A stretch of 64,000 nt of DNA from Squalus acanthias (taxonomy: Eukaryota): NCBI GenBank assembly GCA_030390025.1, contig CM059432.1, positions 62,312,001 through 62,376,000 of the forward strand, in the 5' to 3' direction. Made by a program: the position numbers and the translations under genes. Position 1 is the stretch's first letter; the number at the start of each line of letters is the position of its first letter. Below the pieces are notes generated by a model that saw only the letters and a list, made by a program, of their open reading frames with translations, was not told the DNA's origin and did no database searches. Shown here piece after piece: positions 63,752-64,000 of this stretch.

Positions 63752-64000
63752 GGGCCGTATTTTCCGATCGGAGGCTTCCCGCGTGCGGAAGCCTCCGATC
63801 TGGAAAAAATCTACGCACTTGCCTGAGGGCTCCCGAGGTGTGTATAGTTCCGATGCTGGGCCTCTCGAACTCCAAGTGTGCAGGGCCCACGTATCCCAGA
63901 GGCGCATGCGGTGCGCAAGCGTCCCTGGGATCACGTGGGCCATGGGGAGCCAATCAAAGAAGGGAATCTCCCTTCATACACTTGACAGATAGACCTGTCA
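63752..64000. mobile_element. Harbinger-type MITE (same family as 19385), truncated by window edge
   Basis: Starts gggccgtattttccgat and is colinear with 19385-19635. Confidence 0.85.

Overview
Vertebrate nuclear DNA, most likely a shark or other cartilaginous fish (inferred from the repeat families, not proven). The right half (36759-62770, minus strand) holds the last 13 coding exons of PRKDC (DNA-PKcs). I spliced these by hand into one continuous 641-aa frame covering the end of FAT, FRB, the PI3K-like kinase and FATC. One intron needs a GC donor. The rest is transposon-rich intronic and intergenic DNA: two nested stacks of CR1 LINEs (one copy with an uninterrupted 983-aa ORF2 and an SGNH-esterase ORF1), L2 remnants, tRNA-derived DeuSINE/SacSINE1-like SINEs, hairpin-rich PIF/Harbinger-type MITEs with 3-bp TSDs plus a decayed Harbinger transposase, and Penelope-like element pieces. 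The most notable hidden signal is a minimal hammerhead-ribozyme motif in the Penelope terminal repeat. It appears in ~135-bp TSD-flanked solo insertions, and once in sense orientation inside a PRKDC intron. No prokaryote-type systems are present. All calls were made by eye, and repeat boundaries are approximate unless a TSD or TIR is quoted.
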